A stretch of DNA of 64,000 nucleotides from Amoebidium appalachense (Eukaryota; Protista; Ichthyosporea): assembly GCA_963693365.1 (NCBI GenBank), contig CAVNZM010000008.1, forward strand, positions 6,892,830-6,956,829, written 5' to 3'. Below the pieces are notes generated by a model. The model made no database searches, was not told the DNA's origin, and saw nothing but the letters and a program-made list of their open reading frames with translations. The number at the start of each line of letters is the position of its first letter. Positions within the stretch are counted from its first letter, which is position 1. The position numbers and the translations under genes were made by a program. This document shows, one piece after another, positions 20,133 to 31,036 of the stretch.

Positions 20133-23100
20133 ATGACCAAGGGCGTGGGCAGTAAGGCTTCGAGCAAGTCAACCACAAACAACGGTAGCCGCAAAAGCCC
20201 CCGAAAGGCCAGTCAGGGCAGTAGCAACGCCGGCAGCAAAGGGGGCAGTAAAGTGGTTGTGCCCGGTAAGGGTACTGGGGGTACTGGCCTGAAGGCACCG
20301 AAGCCACAGGTGAAGGTACGCAGCAAGGCTGAGCAGAATGCCCAGCGCATCATGCAGGGCATTGACACGACACCTGCATCCTACCGGCCGCGCAAAAAAG
20401 GTGAGGGGTGCTTACTGTTAGTGTTTGTGACGTACTTGGGTGCCCATATAAGTAGCAGTGTGAAAGCTTTTCCTGTTCAGTTTACCGTTGTTGCCATACA
20501 GCACACATCTACTGTATTTCAACATCATCTCATTCTGAGTTCATGTTAACCAGTTTGTGACAGTCCACTTGCGAAACATTATGGCTTCACGTAGAGTGTT
20601 AGTGGCTCTTGCCGCGCTACACGCAGCGGAGGCAAAAGGGGAAGGTGTTGCAGTGTCACGTTCGTTTACGTCACCCTCTATGAAAACTACTCCGGGACGT
20701 GTGTTGCCTCTAGGGGGACATCCCCTTGGACGAAAGTGAACCTGCAATGGTGTAAACCACGGCACGAGAGCAGTATGCTTGCTCCAAAGGTTTCACTTAA
20801 GAATAGAGGCGAATACACGTGTGGTGGTGGCAGCAATGGAGGCCGGACGAAGTCGGGTATAGATCAGGAAGCAGTCGGAGGACCACCTGCCGAGTTGTTT
20901 GATCCGGGAGTCGTCGACCCCGGCCTCAGCCAGTGCTGTGGCCCCCCCGATGCGGAGGCTGTGTCCGGCAAACCGGGAGGGTGAGAGGCCTGCCCGGGAG
21001 AGGAGGGCACGGAAATCGGCAGAGAAAGCACTCTTGGTGTAGGGGATGCCACCGAGACTGAAGAGGGGGTCGTCGGGTTGACCGGACGTTGTATCCAGGA
21101 ACTGCCGGAGGAGATGGGCTGGGGAGAAGTGGGTGAGGGGCAGGGCAGCTAGGGTGACGTTGACACCTCGGGCCTGTACATCCGTCTTAGAGGTTGGCAG
21201 GTGGAGGGTGGCATGGGACAAAGTACCGGTGGGGGTGTAGCTGAAGGTCACGTCCTTCCGTTTAACGTGACGGGACGGGTCGAAAGAAGTCAGGGTCTTG
21301 GAGGTAAATTCCCCTGAACGGAGGAGACCACAGAAACCGACGATGAGGGCCGTCCATAGCCGGAGATTGGCCGAGGAGGCCTTGGTGGGGCACTGGCCAT
21401 GGAGTAGGCGGAGGTGGGAGGGGAGGAGGGGTTCCCTGGTGGATGAGCGGGGTCGGATGTTGTGAGAAAGCTGCCATCGGCCCACCCCCCGTAGGAACCA
21501 GGCCAGAGACTTGTCGTGGGGGTAGGGAGCAGGGAGGCCCATGTCGAGGTGGAGCCTGGTGATGGCCGAATTGTAGCCGGTTTAAGGAAGAGGCCTGTAC
21601 CCCTCGTTGGGCACACCAGGCGAGAAAAAGTTGCACGGTGTGTGGGGAGGCCGGGAGGGAGGACCCGGAGGAGGATTGCAGCCGAGATGCCACACAGAAA
21701 TCGATGAACACTTTTTGCACCCGGGAGTAAAAGGCCCGAGAGTCGAGGTTGAGACTCAGGGCCTGGCATTCCTGCAGGGTAGTGGTGGCTCGAAGCAGCT
21801 CGGCCGGAGCAAAGTGGGGGGCCAATCTGCCAGCGTTGCTCCGGAACGGGAGATCTGGGGGGGGGGGGGGGGGGGGGGGTTGCCCAAGGGAAGGGATAGG
21901 AACTCGTGGACCCAGGAGGGGAAGGGGCAGGGCTCCGGTTGCAGGGAAGGTCGGAGTCGTCGGGCCCGGGGAAGTTGGTTACGAGAAATGGCATCGGCCA
22001 GATGGTTGAGGGGTCCTGGTAGGTAGGATGCCTGTAACGTAAATTGGTATTGCATTTCCATGCGGGTGATGAACCGAATAAGTTTGGCCATCACGGGGTG
22101 GGGGGAAGACCGGGAGTGCAGGTCAGACACAGCACCCGTGTTGTCGCATAAAATACGGACATGGTGGGTGGACCAGGAGGGGGCCCAGAGGGCCACGGCG
22201 GCTGCGATGGCCAGGAGTTCGATGACGGAAGAACCGAGTTTACCCTCATGAGCATAGAGGGCTTGGGTGGAGGGGGACCAGGGCATGAAGAACCATTGGT
22301 CGAGCCAGTGGCCTCCTAGACCCACCGATCCGGCAGCATCAGTGGCCAGGGTGGTGTATGTGGGGGGTGTGATGAGGTGCACCCCATTCCATGATGTGAG
22401 GAACTGGTGCCATTCGGCTATGTCGGCCCGGGCGGCAGCAGTCAGTCGTATGTGGTGGTGGCCGGCAAGGTGTGGGTGGGTCCGGAGAAGGGCCCATAGG
22501 CGCTGGGAGAAGGCCCTCCCGGGGGGAACCAGCTGGGCACACCAGGTGAGTTTGCCGAGGAGGGACTGGAGGTCCCGAATGGTGATGGTGGGCTTTGGGT
22601 GGGAAGTGAGGTCGAGTAGGTCCGAGAGCTTGGAAGCCGGGATTCGTGCCTCCATGGTGATGGAGTCGAATTCGATACCGATGAAGACGACACGGGTAGC
22701 CGGGCCCTGCATCTTGTCTTCGGAGATGGCAATGTGCAGCTCTCGGCAGAGTTGCAGGAAGGTGGATAGGTGACGTTGGCACTGCTCTTGTGTGGGGGCG
22801 ACTATAATCCAGTCGTCTACGTAGTGGCGGATGAGGGTAATACCGTGCTGGTGTGCCAGCCACTGTAGGGTGGCCGCGATCCGTTCCCAGATGGCTGGGC
22901 TAGATTTCAGGCCGAAGGGCAGTCTGGTTTCAACGTAAAAATGCCCTTGCCATTTGAATGCCATTAAGTGGTGGTCTTCCGGTCGGATGGGCATGTGCCG
23001 GAAGGCAGCCTGCACATCTGCCACGGCCATGTAGCAGCCGGGGCCTGCGTCGAGAATGAGTTGGGTGACATCCCGGGCGCGAATGTACTGAAGTTCGTCG

Positions 23101-26100
23101 GGGTAGGTGATGCTGTCATTGACACTGCTACCCCGGGGCCAGGAGAGGTGGTGGATTCGACGGTACTTGGGGGGGTTCCCTTTCTTGGTAACGGCGCCGA
23201 TGGGGGAGGAACGGTGGACCGGAAATTCGTCAAAGAATTGGGCCGGGGAGAGGGGGCCGCGCAGGTGGCCGAGGGCGACTTCTTTGGCAATATCCACCGT
23301 GATAGCGGCAGCTGCCTCCGGGGTGGTGGGTAGGTTGGGGCCCACCCGAGAGGTGGAGGGGCCGCGATAGCCGATGTCGACGCCGAATTCGACATCGTGG
23401 AGGAGTTGTGCGGCGAATGGTTGGTCCGGGTAGGAGGCCAGCAGTTCCCGGAGGCGGGAGGTGTCAATGTGGTGCTGGGGCAGCGGGCGGGCCTCCGGGT
23501 CTGAGCCTCGGGGGAAGGGGGTGGTTAGCAAGGGTGGTGTACCCTTGGGGAGATCCCGGCAGCGGGGGGGGGGGGGGGGGGGGGGGGGGGGGCGGGGGGG
23601 CAGCAGGGCCCCGGGGGGTTAGAGTAGGGCAGCTGGGCCCAAGTGAGGGTTGGCAGGGAGGGCAGCGGGGCCCTGTGCAGGGGAATGTGCCCGAGCACGC
23701 GGGGGTGTGGGCGGACACAGAGGTAGAAGAAGGGGGGGGGAGGGGAGTGCTAGGTGAGTGTAAGGGGGGGGGGGGGGAGGCTCGTGGGATGGGGGGGGGA
23801 GTAAAATTATGTGCAGGGGCCAGAATAAACGTCTTTGTGTAGGGACATTTATTCTTGACGCGCGCGGGCGCCGTAGTTGGCCTGCGAAATTTTGTACTCA
23901 GCCCTATTGGCCCGTTCTCCCGAGCTCCGTTTCCCTGTACTCGTGTGTCCTAGCTCCTAACCCCTATGTTCTAGAGCTGTGTGTGTGGGTGTGCGCGTAG
24001 ACTAGGCATTGTGCTTGCAGTCTTTGCGGGGGTGTGTGCCAGAGCAGAGCGGGCACACGTGGGAGAAGGGGCAGGGCTGCTTAGCGCAGGACCGACCGTT
24101 AATGTGGAAATTCCTGCAGTGCGTCGCGGGTAGATCCACGGGTCGGGCCGGTTTTGCCGGGCCGGGTTGCGGGCCAGGGCGGTTAGGGGTTTGACCCCCG
24201 CCGGGCTTGTGGGGCGGCTTAAAGCCGTCAAGACCACAGCCGGGCTTGGGGTACATGGGGCAGGCCGCGCTGGGGTGGTCGGGGGAAGCCACAGCGCTGA
24301 CATGCGTCCGGGATGAGCAGAGTGGGTGGCAGGAGGAGATCCTGGTGGAGTTGGGCGAGCAGGTTGGGACACTCGATCGGAGCCCGACCCTGCTGGTGGG
24401 CAACGGTGCGGGCGTATACGTCATAGTTGTGGATCTGGGCCCACGGGTATCGGGTGCTGAGGCGAGTGATGTGCTGAGTCCAAAGTACGTCTTTGTCCGT
24501 GGGGAGGCCGAGGTGGTGCTTGGCGGCCATGTAATGGGTCCAAGCTTGGATCCAAATGACGAGTGAACGCAGGGGAACGGGTTTGTCTTGGCGAAAAGTC
24601 TCGATGCTGCCGTCGTCGGCCATGCGCAGATGCTGACCTTTCTTGGATGGGGCCAGGAGGGCGGCGGGGGTGAACTTATACAGGTCGACGAAACGATTGG
24701 CGCGCAAATCTGCCAGCACATCCGCGGGGGGAAGCGGGGAGTGTGCCCGGCTGAATGTCGCCAGTGTTCTCACCTGTGATGGGGGGCGCGGGCAGGGCAG
24801 GTAGGTCTAGGTCAGGGCCGAGATGCAGCCCCGGGGAAACCTCCCCGGGTGTGGAGGGCGCGGCGGGGGGCGCGGGAGGGTCGCGGTTGGTGAGAGCAGC
24901 CAGGACGCCAGCCATCTGGGTGCTGATGGCGGTGAGGGCGGCCAGGACGGCGTCTTTGAGAAGTCATCTGCGGGGACGGCGGGGCCTGAGGGGGGACTTC
25001 AGGAGTGGAGGGGAGAGTAGCCGGCGGGTCCGGGTCCGTGGTGGTATGGGCCGCTGGAGGCGCGTCAGTGTCCGCGGGAGCGTTGGTCAGCCTGTGGCGG
25101 AGGTCGCTGCGGGTCAGGCGCTTAGGTGCCGCGGCAGGGGCGGCGGCTGAGGCCTGGCGCTTTTTCGGCGGCATGCTGACCGGCGTAGGGAAAGATAGGG
25201 AGAATGAAAAGGAATATATAGCTGTAAGGCTGTGGATGCTAAACACAGAAGATGTGTTTGTAGCTTGCTGATCTGCTAAAAACTGTCGTGCTTATATACC
25301 TAAGCCTACCGATCTGAGCCAATCAAAAATCGATCTAGTGATATGTGAAATCTGATCCGAGCCAATCATAACTCGGTCTAGTGATCTGTGGTATCTGATG
25401 TTTTGACTGGCTAATAGGTGCCCGTGTGCGGGCAGCCAACCGCTAACTGCTAAAACACGAAATGAAGCCTACATGGTTATGTTGGTATCGAACACCCATC
25501 CTACGTGTTTACCCAGAAAAATATTTATGTCAATAATTTCCACAAATAAAACCATTCCTTTTCGCGAAGCAAGAAAGTTTTTGTTGCAAGATGACGTTTC
25601 AAAAACAGTCGTCAAGCACACTGTCGTGCCTGTATCTGAAACGTGGGCCGAACTCAGGCGCACCAAAGCTAGGTGCTCAATCACTAAGTGTGACGGGCAC
25701 GAGGACGACAGTTTTTGGTTGTCAAAGATGGAACCAAGTGACCTAGTTGAGCTTTACGACAGGCTCATCGTAGCTGAGGGGGGCATGTATCTGTCAGATT
25801 CTCACGTCGATGGTGCACACATCACAGACAGTCTTTATCCCGACCTCACATACTTCTGTAACCACACCCCCTTGGGTGTGCAACACTATGAAGAAGAGAT
25901 GGAAGGGCTCAATCTGGCGCTTGCTTACGCTCAGGTGTCGGTAGTCGGCATAACACGTTTCGCTGGTCACGTAGAAGATGCGGGTCTCCCAGCAGCAAGC
26001 ATTCTCGTTTGTGGTTACAAAGTTTGGTTCGTGCATCCACCATGGCAATACCCACGCATCCTCGAACTTGCCCGCCAAGGCATCCCTGGATTGGCATGCG

Positions 26101-26412
26101 AGAATCCTTTGCAGCACAAGTGTTTTCTTCCCCTCTCTGTTTCGTTTCTCATATCACAGGGACTAGCCCCTGAGGTTGTTGTTCAGGGCCCAGGAGACCT
26201 TATTCAAACAACACCGCTTGCACTGCACTATGGGTTTCAGTGCGGGCCAAACGTATCGTTTGCGGTGAACACTGCCACAAAGAAGTGGTTAAACCGCTTG
26301 GGAGAATACGAGGCGTGTAGCTGCTGGGAGCATTTCATGCCCGACGTCCCAAAGATGATTCGTGCGTTTCACTCAGTTCAACAGCACAATTTGCCCGTTG
26401 CTTGTGGTGCAT

Positions 26413-26455
<43 letters not shown>

Positions 26456-27462
26456 TCCCGCCCGCACCAGCGCAACCACCTAGTGATAGGGTATTACGGC
26501 ATGAAAAGTTTACGTTTTGACCTATAGTGTACACGCTGTGCACCACCGCAACCACTTAGTCATACCGTATTACGACATGAAAAGTTTAGGGGTCGACCCA
26601 TAGTGTACACTGTTCTTCAAGTTATATTCAGTTTTTGTTTTGTACACTGTGCGTGTATATGTGTCCTTGCAGGTCATTTACAGTCTCGACTTATGCGATG
26701 ATGGTGTGTGATTGGTGAATCTTTGTCTGTTTTTGCGTGCAATGTTTCATAAGCAACCCCTCACCCTCACAACATAGATCCTCCTCCTGAGCCGGACTTC
26801 GGCAGCAACAGTTCGGATAGCGACTATGGGCCCGGGGGAAGCGAGTCGGAGGAGTCAGAGGAGTCTGAGGAGACGACCCCCAAGGGCGACAACAAGAAGT
26901 CCCGCCCCAAGAAGCAGGGCCCGCCGGCGGACGATGCGGTCCTCAGCGACCCCCTGAGGATGACCTATTACAGGGTCATCCACTCCGAAAGGTATGTGTG
27001 TGTGTTTGTTATGTGAATCATGTTGTTGTTATGTATAATATGGTGTTGGTAATGTGTTTTGTGTTAACAATGTGTGTGTTTGTAATGTGAAGCATGTTGT
27101 TGTTATGCCAATATGGTGTTGGTAATGTGTTTTGTGTTAACACTGTATTACTCTGCCGGCATTTGGTATGGTATGGTTTGGTGAGGTAGTGCCCCCCTGT
27201 ATTGTCAAGTTGGGCTGTCCTTTTTTTTTTTGGCCTCATACACATACACACAGCTCTTGTTACTCTTCTGTCAAGGGATTAGCATATGTCTAGTTTAGTG
27301 AGGTTGGGAGCTTCTTAGAAATCCGTATATTAGTTCGCTTGTTTTGACTTTTGTTTATGTTCGCTTGCTGCTCTTTTATACTCCTTTTCTTTCCCCCTGC
27401 CCCCCCCCCCCCCCCCCTCCCCCCCCCCCCCAAAAAAAAACAAAACAAAAAAACAAACAAAA

Positions 27463-27497
<35 letters not shown>

Positions 27498-28916
27498 ACC
27501 CCACCACCTCTCACCACCAACATTCACTCACATCAAACCCCCTAATGCGAAATCTAATAACAATATACCGAACCAGCATACTTACATGCACGTGTGGATG
27601 GACACACGATCACAAAACATTTCTGGAAACAAAATGTAACCATTAAAACCATGAATTTACCACAGATTCGAGTTTCTGCCTGCCGACAAGCGGTTCTCAA
27701 CCATGAAGGGTATCCCCGACGAGGAGATGCGCCTGGCCCTCAAGGCCCGCGGCATCGTCATCGACGAGGCCGGCAACCGCAAGACTGGTGCAAGCGGTGG
27801 GAAGGCCAGCACCGGCTCGGCCAAGCGCGGGGGGGCAACGTCAGACGACGACGACCCCGACAAGCTCTCACCGGTCCAAACCGTCGACAAACTGGTATGT
27901 AAATTGTTGTAACACAAGAGTTTACTTACTGAGAATTTGTTGAAGCCTTGTGGTTCATAAAAGTCAACATGCATCATGCCGACCTCTTAGGAATCCTCGT
28001 AATGTCCGTGCGGTCCCTCCAATAGATCCTTATATGATATCATCTCGAGTATTTTCTGACATTCCATGAATGTCTTAATTGGGTTTACGACATCTTATGA
28101 ATCCTCGTAATATCTGTACGATCCCTCCAATAGATCCTTATATGACATCGTCTCGAGTATTTTCTGACATTCCAATAATATCTTAACTGGGTCAGCGACA
28201 TTAAATTCATCATATACATTAATCGTATAATATCGAAGGTGCCTTGTCTTGTTTTGTGTTAACACACCATCACCCCATGCATCCAAGGGGAAATTGTGTG
28301 TACCCTGTGTTGGATAACGGCAGTAAGCACACAACATACGGTGTGCGACAAACTTACACCAATATGATTGCCCTATGCAGTTCGAATTCACCGAGGGGCT
28401 GTCCAAGTCCCATCCCATCTTTCAAGTGATGGCGATGAAGTTCCCGTTCTCCAACGAGGGCCAGAGCAACATCCCCGTGTGCAACACGTTCCTGGAGTGC
28501 ATCAACCTGACGAACCGGAGCTTGTACGCCACCCTGTCGGGGGAGGGTATCGAAGACTGGGTTCAGCTGCTGAGCAGGTGCGCCAGGGGCTCCCGGGCCC
28601 AGAAAGTTGTCTCCATCATCCGTGCAGGGCTCACCGCGTGCAAGTCAGAGGTGAACCGGGGCATGCACACCGCCATGCGCAGCTACATTGTGCCAGGGAC
28701 AAACCAAGATGTATGTGATGACTTTTTTCCCACACCGTCTGCATGTCGTGAATCTGCTTGGGTTTTGCTCATGGCTGAATCATCTTGCAATTCATGATCG
28801 ATATGTTGGCAGCTTGATGATTGTGTCTTCAAATGACAAAGGGTAACAATAAAGACAGGTTTTTTCATACGGGTTTGCATACAAACTGCAACAGATGCCG
28901 TGAGACTCACAACTAA

Positions 28917-28951
<35 letters not shown>

Positions 28952-30887
28952 ACAAACACACAATACACATACACACACAGGCACATTTACATGTAACACG
29001 CACACACACGCACACACACACTCTCACACACGATGCACATGTTACACAGCACTATAGTGGTTTTAATTTGCACTTCCACAAACACATATATGCATACATA
29101 CACAGTTGTTCCAGGTTGCACCGGTCAACTCCGGAGACCCAGCCGAGTTGGCCGAGCAGATCAAGTTTCGCCGCACGACTTGGGAGGGCTACATGGCGGT
29201 GCACCAGACCAACGGCCTGCCCTGCGGCCGCAAGTACAGCGTGGACCCCGTAACCGGCAACCCGTGGGGCAACTCGTCGCTCTACCGTATCATGTGCCTG
29301 GCCCCCATCAACGGGTCATTGATCAAGGAGCGCCTCGGCAAGTTCAAGACCCTCAACGTGGGTCCCCCCCCCCCCCCCCCCTTTGAGAAACTCATTCTCT
29401 TCGGAGGTGTAGGAGCACCCCTAGTGATGGGATCTGGCTAACTGTTCCTTGCTTTGCATATTCCTTGCCGAGAGATTTGTTTCTGTTTCTTTTTCCTTTT
29501 TTTTTCCCGTTAATTATTTTTTTTTTCTTACCTTTTTTTTTTGTGCAAGTGGGTCCCCCCCCCCCCCCCCCCCCCCCCCCTCCCTCCCCCAAAGAATGTA
29601 CGCATCAATATGCAGACATGATTTAGCCACACCCAAACCTGACCCTCTGAAGGTGGGCGGCCCAGCAACTTCTTTACCACATATTGTTATACAGTGTACC
29701 TTCAACCTTATGTTGGTGTAAATTCTCATCAACCATCCCCCCCCCCCCCCCCCCCCTCCTTTCTCAACGTCTCGCACACCTCCCCTATTACACACACACC
29801 ACTCCCCATTCACACACGCACACACACACACACACACACATACACTTGCACACACACACTCACACACAGGAATTCCAGAAGGAGTTGCCCGACTTGTTCA
29901 GCTTCATGCTGCACACGTTCGAGTGTGGGTTGCGTGACCCTGTCGCGCACAAGTCGGGCACCCACATCAAGTGGTCCGCTGTGGTGTACCACGCCGACCA
30001 GCCAGACTACGAGGGCGGGGCCCACCCGGCAGAAATAGCAAGGGTAAGTTTTTTGTGCAACTATCCGAAGGTGTTGGGATGATCTGATCAGTACTATGAT
30101 GTACTCGAGTGTGTGTGTTTTTGTGTTCATTAGATGCTAATAACATGTCTTCATGGGTCATTGTTTCTAAACGATGCTCTTCAGGTGGTCTACTAGATGT
30201 TCCCACATACTTGTAATATGGGATTTATATGGACATAAGGACAGTCTTGTGTATATCAGTCTTTGAGTTTCCGAGGTATGCGTGTTAAAGCTGTGACCTT
30301 GACTATGTCAATACATATAATAATGTTCTCATAACTACACTTCATATTCCCCACTAACCCCCCCCCCCCCCTAGAACGTCAAAAACTGGGACAAGATCTC
30401 CAAGGCCCGTGCCGATGCGGTGAAAGATCTGGACCTGGCGGATGACTACAAGGCCAACAAGAACGCCAAGCAGCAGGACGCTGCAAAGGAGAGGGGCCCC
30501 AAGTCTGTCAAGCGGACTAGGGAAGACGTCGACGACAGCAGCGAGGCCCAGGGCGGTGGCCTAAGCAAGAAGGGCAAGAGTACGGTTGGGTCGCCGGTAG
30601 CCCCGGCCCCGGCTCCCAACCAGCAAGGTGATGAAGAGGGTGGTGAGGAGGAAAATGGGGGGGTTGAGGAGGGGGATGGCGTGAAGGGCGATGAGAAGGT
30701 GGAGGAGGAATTGGATGAAGAAAATGGGGAAGGGGGGCAAACTTTGAAGCGTGAGAGATCTGAGAGTGAGGAGGAGAGCGAGGATGAGGAAGGAGGGAGG
30801 AGTCGAAAGCGGGAGAGGAAGGATAGTGAGAATGAGGGTGGGGAGGAAGAAGGAGAAGAGGGTGGGGAGGAGGAAGTCGAGACTTAG
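20133..30887 (+). CDS. Multi-exon cargo gene: K/S-rich N-terminus, JmjC exon (disrupted), unknown domain, acidic tail. Exons approx. 20133-20400, [20554-20818 + 25553-26406], 26778-26991, 27666-27894, 28381-28710, 29115-29357, 29870-30043, 30375-30887
   Basis: GT-AG junctions join in frame (RPRKK|DPPPEPD..., SER|FEFLPADK, VDKL|FEFTEG, NQD|VAPVN, TLN|EFQKE, IAR|NVKNW). The non-JmjC exons are GC3-rich. Confidence 0.7.
20793..21780 (-). CDS. Tyrosine recombinase of the Ngaro element (frameshift near 21560)
   Basis: GFCGLLRSGEF, SKTD, HSLRIGGAT and GRWSSDCFLIY give the catalytic R-K-H-R-W-Y set. The N-terminal SAM-like part lies in ORF 21262-21825. Confidence 0.92.
21756..23531 (-). CDS. DIRS/Ngaro reverse transcriptase-RNase H
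   Basis: KYRRIHHLSWP.GSSVND, DVQAAFRHMP, LPFGLKSSPAIW, HYVDDWII, TDAAGSVGLG, IELLAI, CDNTGAV, NHLADAISR. Confidence 0.93.
   Translation of the reverse strand: MLTTPFPRGSDPEARPLPQHHIDTSRLRELLASYPDQPFAAQLLHDVEFGVDIGYRGPSTSRVGPNLPTTPEAAAAITVDIAKEVALGHLRGPLSPAQFFDEFPVHRSSPIGAVTKKGNPPKYRRIHHLSWPRGSSVNDSITYPDELQYIRARDVTQLILDAGPGCYMAVADVQAAFRHMPIRPEDHHLMAFKWQGHFYVETRLPFGLKSSPAIWERIAATLQWLAHQHGITLIRHYVDDWIIVAPTQEQCQRHLSTFLQLCRELHIAISEDKMQGPATRVVFIGIEFDSITMEARIPASKLSDLLDLTSHPKPTITIRDLQSLLGKLTWCAQLVPPGRAFSQRLWALLRTHPHLAGHHHIRLTAAARADIAEWHQFLTSWNGVHLITPPTYTTLATDAAGSVGLGGHWLDQWFFMPWSPSTQALYAHEGKLGSSVIELLAIAAAVALWAPSWSTHHVRILCDNTGAVSDLHSRSSPHPVMAKLIRFITRMEMQYQFTLQASYLPGPLNHLADAISRNQLPRARRLRPSLQPEPCPFPSWVHEFLSLPLGNPPPPPPPQISRSGATLADWPPTLLRPSCFEPPLPCRNARP
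24002..25174 (-). CDS. Ngaro gag-like ORF1 (frameshifted)
   Basis: MPPKKRQ start; C-terminal CRNFHINGRSCAKQPCPFSHVCPLCSGTHPRKDC zinc fingers typical of Ngaro ORF1. Confidence 0.75.
25553..26406 (+). pseudogene. KDM4/JMJD2-like JmjC histone demethylase domain (exon interrupted by Ngaro)
   Basis: FAGHVEDAGL (H-x-E), GYKVWFVHPP (2-OG Lys), QGPGDLIQTTPLALHYGFQCGPNVSFAVN (third Fe ligand), and KDM4-type Zn ligands CENPLQHK...ACSC. Confidence 0.88.
27985..28200. repeat. ~108-bp tandem duplication in a cargo-gene intron
   Basis: gaatcctcgtaat...tccctccaatagatccttatatga...tctcgagtattttctgacattcc at 27991 and 28099. Confidence 0.8.
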
Positions 30888-30904
30888 AAATTTGTTGTAT
30901 TGCA

Positions 30905-31036
30905 GTCTCGCTCCTGTGGAACGAGACTTAAAAAATTTGTAACAAGTTGTGAGAAAAAACAAACCGTCAGGCCTGGTCTCTGCTCCAGTGGAGCGAGACA
31001 AAAAAGTACATCGACTCTGCTCCTGTGGAGCGAGAC
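30905..31036. repeat. Three copies of a ~23-24 bp palindrome (gtctcgctcc-nnn-ggagcgagac type) just after the cargo stop codon
   Basis: Copies at 30905-30927, 30976-30999 and 31013-31036. Confidence 0.8.

Larger units (their letters stand above)
20819..25553 (-). mobile_element. Ngaro-type (DIRS order) tyrosine-recombinase retrotransposon
   Basis: Gene order gag, RT-RH, YR. The 5' end at ~25553 is defined by the second copy at 2327. The 3' boundary is inferred; no terminal repeats are seen. Confidence 0.9.

Noticed and set aside
25473-25552. ATG at 25473 as the JmjC start
   Set aside because: This stretch belongs to the Ngaro 5' end (shared with the copy at 2327-2407).
30905-31036. Mini-CRISPR (palindromic repeats with spacers)
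   Set aside because: Only three repeats, very unequal spacers, no cas genes.
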